Assembly: GCA_049967475.1 (NCBI GenBank)
Contig: JBMFSQ010000002.1
Coordinates: 64,001-128,000 of the forward strand
Source of the DNA: Chthonomonadales bacterium
Lineage (GTDB): Bacteria; Armatimonadota; Chthonomonadetes; Chthonomonadales; CAJBBX01
DNA: 64,000 nucleotides
Reading direction: 5' to 3'
Positions 1 through 11,017 of the stretch are shown here, piece after piece. Positions within the stretch are counted from its first letter, which is position 1. Every line of letters begins with the position of its first letter. The notes beneath the pieces are model-generated. The model saw only the letters and a list, made by a program, of their open reading frames with translations. It was not told where the DNA came from and did no database searches. A program made the translations under genes and the position numbers.

Positions 1-1294
1 CAGTACCGACGTTGAAGAAGGTGCGGTCCGAAAAATAGGCCACGCGATAGGTGTTTATGAACTGAGGCCATGAAGGCTTGCGATCATCGTAGATGTGGTT
101 GGGATCGCTGGTGGAAAGCTTGTACGCAGGGTTCGTAAGCGACTCGGGGTTGGACACCGTAAACACCGATGCGTTGTTGGGATCCTGCACGATATTGACC
201 TTCAGCCAGTAGATGTCGTGCGTCCCGTTGGGGTTCACGCCGTCGGCATTCCCATCCCCTTTGCTGTCGTATCGGGTCGTAGCGAAGGCCAGGAGCTGCT
301 GTCCGTTGATGAAGTGCTGCGACCCGTTGGGCTGATCAATCTTGTAGGTGCTCCACGCTGGCTCGATATTCTCCGAGCCGGGAATGTTGAAATTGGTGAT
401 CTGTTTGAGGTTCTGAATAGCCGGATCAATCCCCATCACCCAGATATCGCGTGTAGGCTTGGAGGCAGAGCCTGCCGCATCGGCACGGTCGGAATCAAAA
501 GCGATGACGGGTTTGGCAGGATCCGGGCTAAGGGTGGGGTTTCGGTCGTTGCAGTTGCCGAACGTCATCTGGGTGACGCGGAGGGACACCACGTCCACTG
601 CGTAGATATGCCAGTGGGGATCCGCTGTAGTCTGCCCTGCGAAAAGCACGCCCACGCTACCTTCCGGCGCAACGCCATATTCGGGATGGCTCAAGGCGGT
701 AAACGTGAGCCCGCTTATGTTGTTCTTGATGAGGGAGGTAGTTCTGCCCGACACCAGGTCGAGCTGCACGATATCCACGGAGGCCTGGGTGGTTTCGACG
801 TAGACCACCGCTCCGCCCGATTGGCTCAAAGCGGGTTCCCGCTGAGACGCGTTGGCTCCCACGCCTTTAGTCGAGAGCGGCCCAGTAAGGGCGACGAGCC
901 CGGCGCCCCCCGCAGACATCTTGTAAATGTGGGTGGGAGATCCCGGAGGGGGAGGCGTCGTGTCCTTGCCGTTGAGATTTACCCTGTCCGAGTCGAAGAC
1001 GATGGTCTGCTCGTCCTGGGACCAGAATGGGTTCCGGTCCTGAACATTGGGGGTATTGGCGGTCAGGTCCACCGTTTGTGGCGGGATGCCTCCTGCCCGC
1101 GTCTTGCGGAGCGTGCGGTGTACCACTTCCGGCGGAAGCTGCCCATGGAGGTCCACAAAGGGCTTTCCGTGAGGAAGCCGCGTCCCCCCCGTTTGGAGCC
1201 TGCCCTGCCCCAGCGCGGGGTTACCGGGCGCCCACAGCGGCATCATCAAGAGCAGCGCGTAAAGGCAGACGGTGGTCGGTCTCTGGTTTCTCAA
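1..1294 (-). CDS. Secreted TolB-like/PD40-repeat beta-propeller protein (3' end runs off the window)
   Basis: Manual translation (not in ORF track): GGAGG RBS, TTG start, MRNQRPTTVCLYALLLMMPLWAPGNPALG signal-like N-terminus, then PD40-like repeats (QDRNPFWSQDEQTIVFDSDR, QREPALSQSGGAVVY). Confidence 0.75.
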   Translation of the reverse strand, partial: MRNQRPTTVCLYALLLMMPLWAPGNPALGQGRLQTGGTRLPHGKPFVDLHGQLPPEVVHRTLRKTRAGGIPPQTVDLTANTPNVQDRNPFWSQDEQTIVFDSDRVNLNGKDTTPPPPGSPTHIYKMSAGGAGLVALTGPLSTKGVGANASQREPALSQSGGAVVYVETTQASVDIVQLDLVSGRTTSLIKNNISGLTFTALSHPEYGVAPEGSVGVLFAGQTTADPHWHIYAVDVVSLRVTQMTFGNCNDRNPTLSPDPAKPVIAFDSDRADAAGSASKPTRDIWVMGIDPAIQNLKQITNFNIPGSENIEPAWSTYKIDQPNGSQHFINGQQLLAFATTRYDSKGDGNADGVNPNGTHDIYWLKVNIVQDPNNASVFTVSNPESLTNPAYKLSTSDPNHIYDDRKPSWPQFINTYRVAYFSDRTFFNVGT

Positions 1295-1391
1295 GACGAG
1301 TTCTACCTCCTAGAGAGCACGCTTCGTTTCGGGGGGAATCTCCTTCACCGCGGCAGGCACGCCGTCATGGTCGCTCGCCTTACCAGCGGGC

Positions 1392-1420
1392 ATTATAGCA
1401 TGGGCCGATCATTTACGCAA
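1392..1420 (-). promoter_or_regulatory. sigma70-type promoter for the PD40 gene
   Basis: TTGCGT-N17-TATAAT with extended TG, about 100 bp upstream of the start codon. Confidence 0.6.
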
Positions 1421-1580
1421 TCCCCCGTTTCACGGCCCAGCTCCTCGCGATCTTCAGCGCGGGCAGGCTCTCTATTGCTTCGCGCAAAACGTGTCCAAAC
1501 CCTTCTTTCTGAAATCCCGCGCACCGGCCGAGGCCGGCACCAGCGCGCGGGACCCCATTCTATCCGAACGGCATCCGCCG

Positions 1581-4468
1581 CTACGGTACCACCTTCAGTG
1601 CGGCATTGCGCACGCGCCCGCCGCTTGCCGCCGTTATGATCACGCTCTGTACTTTCGTCACCGTGCTGGTGAGCACAGGGAACTTCACCACCTGGAACCC
1701 TGCCGTTACGGTAATCGCCGCAGGTACGGTCACGACGGACGGGTTGCTGCTGGACAAGCTCACTGTTTGCCCTCCCAGCGGAGCCGGCACGATCAACGAT
1801 ACGATGCCCGTGCCCATTTTCCCTCCTTTGATTGTGGGCGGAATGAGCATGAGGTTTCCAAGCGGGTACGCGGGGTTGCCGATCTTGATGCGCCAGATGC
1901 CCCGTCCGAAGGTGGCAGCAGAGAGATAGCCCGTGCCGGGCACCGTTTTCAGGTCGTTTACTTGGACGTTGGGCAGCCCCAACGGAACGGTCATATTCGC
2001 CCAAGTTTGGCCACCGTCGGTGGTGGTGAACACCCCTATATCCGTCCCCACGTAGTAGGTGTTCACCGGGTCATTGAGGTCCAGCGCAACGGTGTTGGTC
2101 GGTATGTCCGGAAGAGCCGTGCCGCCGCCTCCGGAAATGTCCGTCCAAACAGTCGGCAGAGCCGTGGTGTCGTCGCACCGCCAAACGTGAGACGTGCCGG
2201 TGCCCGACACGGTTACGATTACGCGGTTCGGGTTGGCAGGCGCAATGGCGACGCCGGTGAGCGAGCGTTTGGGCAGATTGCCCGTGATGTTGCGCCACGT
2301 CTTACCGCCGTCGCGCGTCATGTAGATCACGCCATCGAACGAGCAGGTGTAGATGCGGTTGCTGTCGGAAGGGGCCACCGCCACGAACGACAGGGCATCC
2401 TTGGGAGAAAGCTTCTGCCCACCTAACCGCGGCGTCCATTGAAACTTGTAGTCGTCCCATCGGTACAGGTAGTTCGTTCCGGCATACAGATACCGGGGGT
2501 TCAGTGGGTCCAGAGCAAACGGCGCAATGAAGGCTACATTGTCTGGACCCGTGAAGGGAGCGATAAACTGAATGGACTGCCAGTTATCCTGCGACCTCAC
2601 GATGTAAAGGAATTGGGCGCTGGCGAACTGGATTAGGGGGCTCAAAGGGTTGATCTCGCAGAACGCCCCGTCGCCGCTAAAGACGCTCACCCAGTTGAGA
2701 GGATCCGGGGTGGAGTGCGGGCTGGCATTATCCTGAGCGCCCCCGATGATCTGCGTCGGATCGGAGGGGTGGGGCGAATGGCGGTAGAATTGGGTGATGC
2801 CCAGGGTGCGGTTGAGCGAAGTAATCATCCATGAAAGACCCTGTTCATCGTAGGCGAAGTGATAGGCGCCGCCATCGTTGCCGAGGACTGCCTGGTCCGG
2901 ATCCCGCGGATCAATATCCATCGCGTGCTGATCCGTATGCATGAGCGACATAGACGAATAGACGTTCCCCAAAATCGTCCAGCTCAGGCTCGGAGGATTG
3001 TTGTTGAGGTTGAGGATGCCCTGGTTCAAATCCAGCAGCCCTACGTAAACGTAATCCGTCGGCATGCCGGTGTTGGGATCCAGCCCCACCGTCGTGTTGA
3101 TGTGGTAGTCGTACCACCCTTGGCTCCAATCGTCCTTGAAGCCGGAGGTATTGTCGTTCCAGGTATTCGCGTAGTCGAAGGTCGCCTGGATCTTGGAGTT
3201 CGTGGGTTGGAATAGATCCGGAACCAGAAGGTAGAACACTCCCCTGAAGCGCTTGGAGGCGGCCACGTCTATGCCGGGCACATATCCGGGAGTGTTGCTG
3301 GGGGCGGCAACGGGAAACCATGTCGCTCCATGGTTCACCGACATATAGAGGTACACCGGAAACTCGCTCACAGCAAAGAGCGTCCCGTCGGGCCCCTGCG
3401 TCACGCCGCTCCAGCTTGCAGACGGCACCAGGGAACCCCCGGCCGACTCGTCCACCGGAACGCTCCACGTTTGCCCGGCATCATTGGACACGAGGATGAA
3501 GCCGCTTTGGTTGCGGTCTCCCACCGTCGCGATGACGGTATTCGGGTCTTTCTTATCCACTAGGATCCGGCTCACCCAAAAGCTGCCGAACAGGGGCGAG
3601 GTGAGGTTCGTCCAGGTCTGGCCGCCGTCGGTGGTCTTCATGATCCTTGACCGTATCCGCCAAAGCCGTGGAAATCGCCCGTGCCCACATACACGGTGTT
3701 GTAGTCGGTAGGATCCACAGCGATGGCGCTTACGTTGAGTGTAGGCCATTGATCGCCAAGGGGAACCCAAGTTGTCCCGGCGTCCACACTCTTCCAGAGG
3801 CCGCCCCCGGCAGCTCCGAGCCAAAGAATGCCCGAGGTGTCCACTGGATCCGGCATGATGGGAGCGTACGCGACGGCGTTGACACGGCCGCTGATGTAGC
3901 TGGGCCCGATGCCCCACACGCCCGACGGATGCGTCATGCCTACTGGGCCCACGAATTCCCACAGGGAAGGGGGCGGCTGTGTCATGCCCTGAAGCCGCAC
4001 ACCGCCGGCTCCGGGCTTGGAATTTCGACCGGTCGGCACACGAGGGGGTTTGGCCGCCGGAAGTGCATCCCGCTGCCTCGCCGCCCGGCTGTAGGCTTGC
4101 CAGTTTACATGGTCGTTAGGAAAGGCCCTCTGCTTGATGTAATAGAGGTAGGCGTCCCAGAAGCGCAGCGGAATGTTGGGTATGCCGCCACCGCCGCCGC
4201 TTCCGCCACCCCCTGGGCGCTGGATCGCACCGGGCCGGGCGGGGCTCTGCTTTCTCAATTGGCGCACATAGGCTTCCACCTGGGACACGGAGTTTAAATC
4301 GAGGTGCCGCCCTGCAACGGCTGCCGGAACCGGATGCTGCGCGGAGGTCGCCGGAACCTGACCGTGGGAGACACCGCCAATCACGGACAAGAAGACAGCG
4401 AGCCCACTTTGGTGCGAGACGGACCGCCACCGAATGGGTTTGTACTGGCCAAAGAACGCGCGATGCAT
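1581..4468 (-). pseudogene. Large secreted BNR/Asp-box (VPS10/GH74-like) beta-propeller protein with C-terminal Ig-like domain, split by a 1-bp frameshift near 3645
   Basis: ORF 3638-4468 (AAGGAGG RBS; GGLWKSVDAGTTW; ends GTGDFHGFGGYGQG-S-stop) continues in another frame as IMKTTDGGQTW with many SxDxGxTW repeats to 1581. Confidence 0.75.
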
Positions 4469-4706
4469 GTTTCTAGCCTCCTTGCGCCCGCTTCACCTCA
4501 CGGAGGAGCGGTGCGCCGTTACACTAAGTTCCCGGCCCGCATACCCCCAAAGGGTGCAGACCCGGGCCCATGACCACAACGCGCTTTGCCGGAACAGCCG
4601 TCTTCCGCACCGTCGCCAACAGGTTGTGCAGAAGGTACAACGGAGCGCCGGTACGACTCTGTTGAGCGTGCTCCTCCTCGGCAATACCTCACGGGATTAC
4701 GCCGGG

Positions 4707-5312
4707 TTACACGCTTCCGGCCAACAGGGGCCAAATCTTGCCAACCCTTCGCTTCACCTCCTTCAGGCACGCTTCGTTCCAAATCACAATATGGGCGCGC
4801 CGCATCTTGGCGCCCAACTCCATTTGCGCCCGGATGCGCTGCTCGGCCTCCTGCGCCGGCATCCCATCCCGAAGGGCCAGCCGCCGGATCTGCGCCTCCC
4901 GCGATGCCGCCACCGCCACGATGCGGTGAAACCAGCCTTCCATTCCAGCCTCGAAAAGCAGCGGGGCTTCGACTACGATCACTGCGCCTTCGCCGCGGGC
5001 GCGCTGCACTTCCTGGATGCCCCGGCGCAATTCCGCAAGGATCGCGGGATGCGTCAAGCTCTCCAATCTTCGGCGCGCCTCTTCGTCCGAAAACACGATG
5101 CGCGCCAGCCGCCTGCGGTCTACTCCCCCGTCTGCTGTCAAAATCCCGGCGCCGAACACCTCGGCCACACGGGATGCAATGGGTTGCCCCGGCTCCAGCA
5201 GGCGATGCGCGATGGCATCGGCGCTCAACGTGACGGCGCCCAAATCTGCCAGCATTGCGGCAATCGCGCTCTTGCCGGTGCCTGGTCCGCCCGTCAGCCC
5301 GATTACGGGCAT
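4707..5312 (-). CDS. coaE: Dephospho-CoA kinase
   Basis: IGLTGGPGTGKS P-loop, DADxIAH-like motif, LESLTHPAI, EAPLLFE. Confidence 0.95.
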   Translation of the reverse strand: MPVIGLTGGPGTGKSAIAAMLADLGAVTLSADAIAHRLLEPGQPIASRVAEVFGAGILTADGGVDRRRLARIVFSDEEARRRLESLTHPAILAELRRGIQEVQRARGEGAVIVVEAPLLFEAGMEGWFHRIVAVAASREAQIRRLALRDGMPAQEAEQRIRAQMELGAKMRRAHIVIWNEACLKEVKRRVGKIWPLLAGSV

Positions 5313-5336
5313 GTGCCGTTTGCTCCCTAACCCCTC

Positions 5337-6701
5337 TCAGCCTTGCTCGTCGCCCCTCTCTGACCCTTCGTCGGATTGCTGCTGCGCGCGGAACGCATCG
5401 CCGATGGTATAGCGCAATTCCTCGCCGCCGGATTGGGACTGGTAGGTTTCCACCTCTTTGCGTTCCCGCCGCGCCTCTTCTTCGCGCCGAGCCTGCCGCA
5501 GGGAGAGCACCAACCTCCGCTCCTCAGGGCGTATGTCTACCACTTTGGCCTCCACCTCGGAGTCCACTGCAAGGGTTGGCGCCGATTTCGTTCCCTTCTT
5601 GCCGAAGAGTTCCGAGCTGGGGATGATGCCCTCGATGCCGCCCTCCAAACGAACGAATACGCCGAACGGCACGGAGCGGGACACGGTCCCCGTGACCAGA
5701 TCCCCTACGTGATAACGCTCTGCCACAGAAGCCCAGGGATCGGGTTGGTTCTCTCGGAGGCTGAGACTTACCCTGCCGGCATCCAGATCGAGCTTCAGGA
5801 TGACCACCTCGATCTCCTGGCCCTCCTTGAGGACTTCGGAGGGATGGCTGATGCGCGTCCACGACATTTCAGAGATGTGAAGGAGACCGTCTATGCCTCC
5901 CAGATCTACGAAGGCGCCATAGTTCGTGAGGCGCCGCACGATGCCGCGGCGCGTCTGCCCAGGAACCAGGCTGGACACGGTCTCAGCCTTGCGATGGGCC
6001 CGGTCTTCCTCGAGAGCCAATTTGTTGGAGAGGACCACCTTGCGCCGCTCCTTATCCACTTCGATCACCTTGAGCGGGATGGACTGCCCCACGTAGCGCT
6101 CGAGGTTGTTCTTCATGGACCCGCTTCCCACGTGGGACGCCGGAACGAAGCCGCGGATACCCAGATCCACTACGAGGCCGCCCTTCACGCGGTCCGTAAC
6201 CATAGCGGTGAGCGTGCGATTGTGCTGTTTGGCCTCCTGGACGCGCTCCCACGCCTTTTCAAAATCTGCACGCTTCTTAGAAAGGATCAGGTTCCCGTCT
6301 TGGTTCTCGGCCTCCATCACGTACACGTCTATCTTCTCGCCGACGCTCACAATCTCCTCAGCGGGAGTGGTCGTATCGCGTGAGAGTTCACTGCGCCGAA
6401 TGATGCCTTCTGATTTCGTGCCCACGTCAACCAACACGCCTTCGCGGTCAATGTGCACCACCACTCCCTGAACTACATCCCCTTCAGAGAGGGAAGGGAA
6501 GCTGCGGGAGTAGGCCTCGTTGGTTCGGGCCGCGTCTTCGGCATGTTCTTCGTGGGACGCTTGAGCCCTCTGTGCGGCTGACGCGTCTGGTATGGCGCCG
6601 GAGTGCATTGCCTCGGCTTCCCGGCCCTCCTCCTGGGAAGACGTATCGGCCGGTTCGGCTCCTCCGATGCCGGCTGGTTGTTGGTCCATCTCGTTGGTCA
6701 T
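5337..6701 (-). CDS. rpsA: 30S ribosomal protein S1 (four S1 domains)
   Basis: S1 repeats: VDVGTKSEG, RGFVPASH, YGAFVDLGGIDGLLHISEMSW, FGVFVRLEGGIEGII. Confidence 0.95.
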   Translation of the reverse strand: MTNEMDQQPAGIGGAEPADTSSQEEGREAEAMHSGAIPDASAAQRAQASHEEHAEDAARTNEAYSRSFPSLSEGDVVQGVVVHIDREGVLVDVGTKSEGIIRRSELSRDTTTPAEEIVSVGEKIDVYVMEAENQDGNLILSKKRADFEKAWERVQEAKQHNRTLTAMVTDRVKGGLVVDLGIRGFVPASHVGSGSMKNNLERYVGQSIPLKVIEVDKERRKVVLSNKLALEEDRAHRKAETVSSLVPGQTRRGIVRRLTNYGAFVDLGGIDGLLHISEMSWTRISHPSEVLKEGQEIEVVILKLDLDAGRVSLSLRENQPDPWASVAERYHVGDLVTGTVSRSVPFGVFVRLEGGIEGIIPSSELFGKKGTKSAPTLAVDSEVEAKVVDIRPEERRLVLSLRQARREEEARRERKEVETYQSQSGGEELRYTIGDAFRAQQQSDEGSERGDEQG

Positions 6702-6931
6702 TGGAACTGCGCTCCTCTCGCGACGCCATGTTGGATTGGGAACGGCAGGCGCCGATTACACTCTCGGGGGCGAGGCTTTCGCCCGGCCCATACGGCTCTT
6801 CTCCGCCTCCTAGCCTTCGTGGGACGAGGCTGCAACATCTGCGCACATCTCGTTTCCTACGGCAAACTCCCACCCCAGGCAGCGCGCCGGCCCGTCGCGG
6901 CAGCCGGTCGTGCAGTCTGTTGGTATCTTTT

Positions 6932-6960
6932 TACTTCTACATCCCCCGCGGAATTCCTGC
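6932..6960 (-). promoter_or_regulatory. SigH-like promoter upstream of rpsA
   Basis: GCAGGAATT-N11-GTAGAAGTA, close to the Bacillota sigmaH consensus (AGGA...GAAT). Confidence 0.45.
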
Positions 6961-7438
6961 CGATATCCCGGACATTGGGAGCAGAACTGCCGTGTCCAAC
7001 GCCGTGGCTCAGCGCGCCGTAAGCCCGGTCACGCGAGCGGCCGGCAATGCCGCAGGATGCTTCCGAACTTCTGTCTGAGCAAGATCCCAGCCTAAGAGCC
7101 GCCCTCCTGCCACCTTCGCGCCGCCACGCATGGATGCATGTTCCCACGATGGAACGGATCCCCGCACGGGCTTTGAGTTCCTCGGCGTCCAACCGGTCGA
7201 AAAGGCGCTGCTCGCGCAAGTGGAAGGACTTCGCGGCCGGTCGCCGGGCGCTCCATGCTGGGCGCCGTTGTGCAAACACCAACCGGCTGCGCAATTGTTA
7301 CTGGTCGAAGCCGCCGAAAGCGATGACCTTGGGCATCGGATCCGCCGTTCGCGATGCGTCGGCCAATGCCTCGAGTTCGCCGATCCCCACATACCCCGCG
7401 TCCCGGTACCCCCGATGCTCGCAACTCGGCCGGCACAA

Positions 7439-10150
7439 TCAGGCGTCAATGGGCGCCATCTCCGCCCAGTTCGGGCCAACCTTGGCATCCACTCTCAAGC
7501 GTACTGCCAGCGGATAGGCGTTCTCCATCAGCCTTATGACCTCGGCGGCCACGGATCGTGCATCCGCCTGAGGAACCGCCAACACCAGTTCATCGTGCAC
7601 CTGCAAAAGGAGTGCGCATGAACCGGCGGATTGCTCCAGGTACCGGTGTACCTCAATCATGGCAAGCTTCATGATATCCGCCGCCGTTCCCTGAACCGGC
7701 ATATTCACGGCTGCCCGCTCCGCCCGCTGGCGGATGTTGAAGTTTCCGCTGTTGATTTCCGGAAGGTACCTGCGCCGCCCCATCAGCGTTTGAACGTAGC
7801 CCTGGGTTCGCGCCGCCTCCAACACTTGCTCCTTGTATTGGAGCACGCCCGGGAATTTGGAGAAATAGTCCTTGATGAAGGCCGACGCCTCCTGGTTGGG
7901 GATGCCCAGCGTCGTTGCCAAACCAAAGTCACTTTGACCGTAGATGACTGCGAAATTGACCGTCTTGGCGCGGCGCCGCATCTCAGGCGTCACTTGGTCC
8001 GCCGGCACATTGAAAAGCTTCATAGCCGTTGCCGTGTGAATATCCTCGTCGGCGGCAAAGGCCCGCATCAGCTCTGCATCTCTCGTGATGTGCGCAAAGA
8101 TCCTGAGCTCGATCTGTGAGTAGTCGCATGAGAGCAGAACCTGCCCTGGCGGGGCGATGAATGCCTTCCGGATTTCGCGGCCGATCTCTGAGCGAACGGG
8201 AATGTTCTGCAGGTTCGGATCGCTGGACGAAAGACGCCCTGTGGCGGTACCGGTCTGGTTGAAGGATGTATGAAGGCGCCCGGTAGCCGGATGGATCAAT
8301 TTCGGCAGCGCATCCGCATAGGTGGATTTGAGCTTCGAGAGCTCGCGGTATTCCAGGATGCGCGCGCAGATCTCATGATCCTGAGCCAGGACTTCCAGGA
8401 GATCGGCGCTGGTGGAATACCCCGTGGCCGTCTTCTTGCCTGCCGGGAGTTTGAGCTTTTCGAACAGGATCTGCTGAAGTTGGCGGGTAGAACCGATATT
8501 GAACTCCTCCCCCGCCAACTCATAAATGCGCGCCGCCACGCGCTGGACTTCCCGGCCCAACCGATCCGACAGGATACCGAGCCACTCGCGATCCACCGGA
8601 ACTCCCGTGCGCTCCATTCGCGCCAGCACTGGGATAAGCGGCGTCTCGGCGCGAGCCATAATCTCCGCCAGCCCCAGGGCGTCGAGCTTCTGCTGCAATG
8701 GTTTCCATAGAGCCAAAGCGAGCGCCGCCTCGCGGGCCGCTGAGCGTTCTGCAGAGGCTTCCTCCGGAGCGTCCAGACGGACGCCCATGTGTTCCGCTGC
8801 GACGTCCTCCAACGCATAGCCGCTGCGGCCAGGCGCCAGGAGATAAGCCGCTACCATCGTGTCGAAGGCCCAGTCACCCACCCGCAGCCCCCGCCACTCC
8901 AGCGCCACCTGGTGCTTCTTGGCATCGTGGGCCACTCTGGACACGCTGCCGTCCTGGAACAGGGGAGCAAAAGCTTCCAGGTTCGCTTCGAATTCACCGC
9001 TGCCCAGGCGCTCCTGGCCTTCGCGCTGCTCCCCGCACACTCGCGTATAATAGGCAATCCCTTCCTCAAACGAAACGGCAATCCCCAAAAGGGTGGCTTC
9101 CGTGGGGCGCCGACCGTCTGTATGGAGGGCCACGGCAACCGCACCGGCGCGGGTCGCCGCATCCAGGGCAGCCCTCAACTCCTCCTCGCTTTGCACCATG
9201 CGCATATCCACAACGAAGGAGGTGCGTTCGCCTTCAGGCTCAGGGCCTGTGTCCGTAGGCTGAGGGATGCGCCGCAAAAGGCTTCGAAATTCGAGCTCCT
9301 CAAATACCGCGCGGGCGCGGGCCCACGTGTCGGCAGTGGGGTTGTAGGGCACAATCGCCGGCGGGATAGGCGCATCGCAGCGTATCGTGGCCAACGCTTT
9401 GGAAGCCCGAGCCTGTTCCGCGTACGCCGAAAGGCTCTCACGAACCCGACCCATGCGTTTTTCCGCAGGCAGTTCGTGCAGATGCTCAAGAAGGTTCTCC
9501 AAGGATCCGTAACGGGCGAGAAGCTCCGAAGCGGTCTTTTCTCCCACGCCCGGCACCCCCGGGATGTTGTCTGACGCATCGCCCACGAGAGCCTTGAAGT
9601 CCGGGATGCGTTCCGGAGGGATGCCGTACCGCTTGCGGACGGCTTCCTCATCATAAGCGGCCAGGTCCGACACTCCCTTCCGCGTCATCCAAACCGTCAC
9701 GCCATCCCCTACAAGCTGGAGCTGATCGGAGTCCCCGGTAACGATCACCACCTCGTACCCTTCACGCCGGCCCTGGCGCGCAAGCGCTCCGATAAGGTCG
9801 TCGGCCTCGTACCCCGGCACCTCCACGGAAGCGATGCCGAGGGCCTCCACCACACGCCGGGCGATGGGAAGCTGCTCTTTAAGATCCGGCCCTGCTTCGG
9901 GACGGTGGGCTTTGTATTCGGCGAACGTTTCGTGGCGGAATGTGGGGCCGGGGGCATCCCAAGCCACGTAGAGTGCCTCGGGCTTTTCTTGGGCGATGAT
10001 GCTGAGCAGTCCCTGTGTGAAGCCATACACCGCTCCCGTGGGGACGCCGTTAGCGGTGGAAAGGTACGGTCCCGGCGCGAAGAAGGCGCGAAAGAGAAGG
10101 CTGTAGCCGTCTACAAGGAACAGTCGAGGTTTGGAAGCCGGCGCGTCCAT
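7439..10150 (-). CDS. polA: DNA polymerase I
   Basis: LVDGYSLLFRAF 5'-3' exonuclease domain, TGRLSSSDPNLQNIP, DYSQIELR, AKTVNFAVIYG, LQVHDEL; start placed at the ATG after GGAGG. Confidence 0.97.
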   Translation of the reverse strand: MDAPASKPRLFLVDGYSLLFRAFFAPGPYLSTANGVPTGAVYGFTQGLLSIIAQEKPEALYVAWDAPGPTFRHETFAEYKAHRPEAGPDLKEQLPIARRVVEALGIASVEVPGYEADDLIGALARQGRREGYEVVIVTGDSDQLQLVGDGVTVWMTRKGVSDLAAYDEEAVRKRYGIPPERIPDFKALVGDASDNIPGVPGVGEKTASELLARYGSLENLLEHLHELPAEKRMGRVRESLSAYAEQARASKALATIRCDAPIPPAIVPYNPTADTWARARAVFEELEFRSLLRRIPQPTDTGPEPEGERTSFVVDMRMVQSEEELRAALDAATRAGAVAVALHTDGRRPTEATLLGIAVSFEEGIAYYTRVCGEQREGQERLGSGEFEANLEAFAPLFQDGSVSRVAHDAKKHQVALEWRGLRVGDWAFDTMVAAYLLAPGRSGYALEDVAAEHMGVRLDAPEEASAERSAAREAALALALWKPLQQKLDALGLAEIMARAETPLIPVLARMERTGVPVDREWLGILSDRLGREVQRVAARIYELAGEEFNIGSTRQLQQILFEKLKLPAGKKTATGYSTSADLLEVLAQDHEICARILEYRELSKLKSTYADALPKLIHPATGRLHTSFNQTGTATGRLSSSDPNLQNIPVRSEIGREIRKAFIAPPGQVLLSCDYSQIELRIFAHITRDAELMRAFAADEDIHTATAMKLFNVPADQVTPEMRRRAKTVNFAVIYGQSDFGLATTLGIPNQEASAFIKDYFSKFPGVLQYKEQVLEAARTQGYVQTLMGRRRYLPEINSGNFNIRQRAERAAVNMPVQGTAADIMKLAMIEVHRYLEQSAGSCALLLQVHDELVLAVPQADARSVAAEVIRLMENAYPLAVRLRVDAKVGPNWAEMAPIDA

Positions 10151-10220
10151 GGCATCCTCCGAACAGACAGGCATCGAGGCGCATTTCGACGGATGGTGCG
10201 CCACCTCCTCTAGCCCCGCA

Positions 10221-10250
10221 TTGACAGGCGCTCCGCTCCTAACCTATAAT
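10221..10250 (+). promoter_or_regulatory. sigma70 promoter of tRNA-Leu
   Basis: Perfect hexamers TTGACA-N18-TATAAT ending 11 bp before the tRNA. Confidence 0.85.
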
Positions 10251-10261
10251 AATCGCGACGG

Positions 10262-10344
10262 GCCGGAGTGGTGGAATGGTAGACACGGGTGACTCAAAAT
10301 CACTTGCGGGCAACCGCGTGGGGGTTCGAATCCCTTCTCCGGCA
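10262..10344 (+). tRNA. tRNA-Leu(CAA)
   Basis: GCCGGAG/CTCCGGC acceptor stem, TGGTAGAC D-loop, GGTGA-CTCAAAA-TCACT anticodon arm, long variable arm, GGTTCGAATCC T-loop; CCA not encoded. Confidence 0.95.
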
Positions 10345-10410
10345 TTGGGGCGTACATCACGGCAGGGTTGAGAACCAAAGCTCACCCGCCCAAACCGCGC
10401 GGGCCGAGCC

Positions 10411-10446
10411 AAAAATAGAGGCGGAGGCAAAACAGAGCCTTCCGCC
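10411..10446 (-). terminator. Probable intrinsic terminator of rpsU
   Basis: GGCGGAAGGC/GCCTCCGCC hairpin followed by TCTATTTTT on the minus strand. Confidence 0.55.
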
Positions 10447-10480
10447 ATCGGTCCGTTTAACCTGGCTGCCTTCGTGCGGC

Positions 10481-10684
10481 TCAGTATCGCTCTGCGGCTT
10501 TGGCGCGAGCCCGCGCGATCTTGCGCATGGCCGCCTTCAGCTCACGCCGCCTGCGATCACTGGGCTTCTCGTACCGCTCGTGCGCCCGGTACTCCTTGGT
10601 GATGCCGCTGTTCATCACCGCCTTCTTGAAGCGCCTCAGAGCAGAGTCAATCCCCTCGCCGGGCTTCACGACTACCTGGGTCAA
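10481..10684 (-). CDS. rpsU: 30S ribosomal protein S21
   Basis: MTQVVVKPGEGIDSALRRFKK...HERYEKPSDRRRR; TTG start after GAAAGGA. Confidence 0.93.
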   Translation of the reverse strand: MTQVVVKPGEGIDSALRRFKKAVMNSGITKEYRAHERYEKPSDRRRRELKAAMRKIARARAKAAERY

Positions 10685-10733
10685 GTGACATCTTCCTTTC
10701 GACGTAAGGTTCGCTGCCTTTGCCAGCACGTTT

Positions 10734-10763
10734 ATTGTAGCAGATGAGGTTCGTGGTTGTCTA
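10734..10763 (-). promoter_or_regulatory. sigma70-type promoter of rpsU
   Basis: TAGACA-N18-TACAAT with extended TG. Confidence 0.65.
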
Positions 10764-10784
10764 CCCGCCGCCTCCTGCTGAAAT

Positions 10785-10952
10785 GCCCCTTGTGCCTCTT
10801 CCATCCCTGCCGTGCGACCGTCAGCCCCGCGCAGAAGGGCGGCGACGCGGATGTCGAATTCTTGAGGCGCGCGGCACCCGGCACGAAGAACGCATCCGCC
10901 GGTAGCGCGAAAAAAGTTTTTTCGACGCCTCCGAAAACCCCTTGACAGCGCA
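10785..10952 (+). repeat. 168-bp direct repeat, copy 1 (contains CGAAAAAAGTTTTTTCG palindrome and TTGACA -35)
   Basis: Identical by inspection to 13873-14040. Confidence 0.95.
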
Positions 10953-11017
10953 GAGGGAACGTGGCATAAATTAGAATATGCAAGCACTACAGCACATGCA
11001 AAAAGGAGGAGAGGAAC

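Noticed and set aside
95..1639. 514-aa plus-strand ORF
   Set aside because: Antisense shadow of the PD40 gene (minus strand, 1-1294), which has an RBS, a promoter and recognisable repeats
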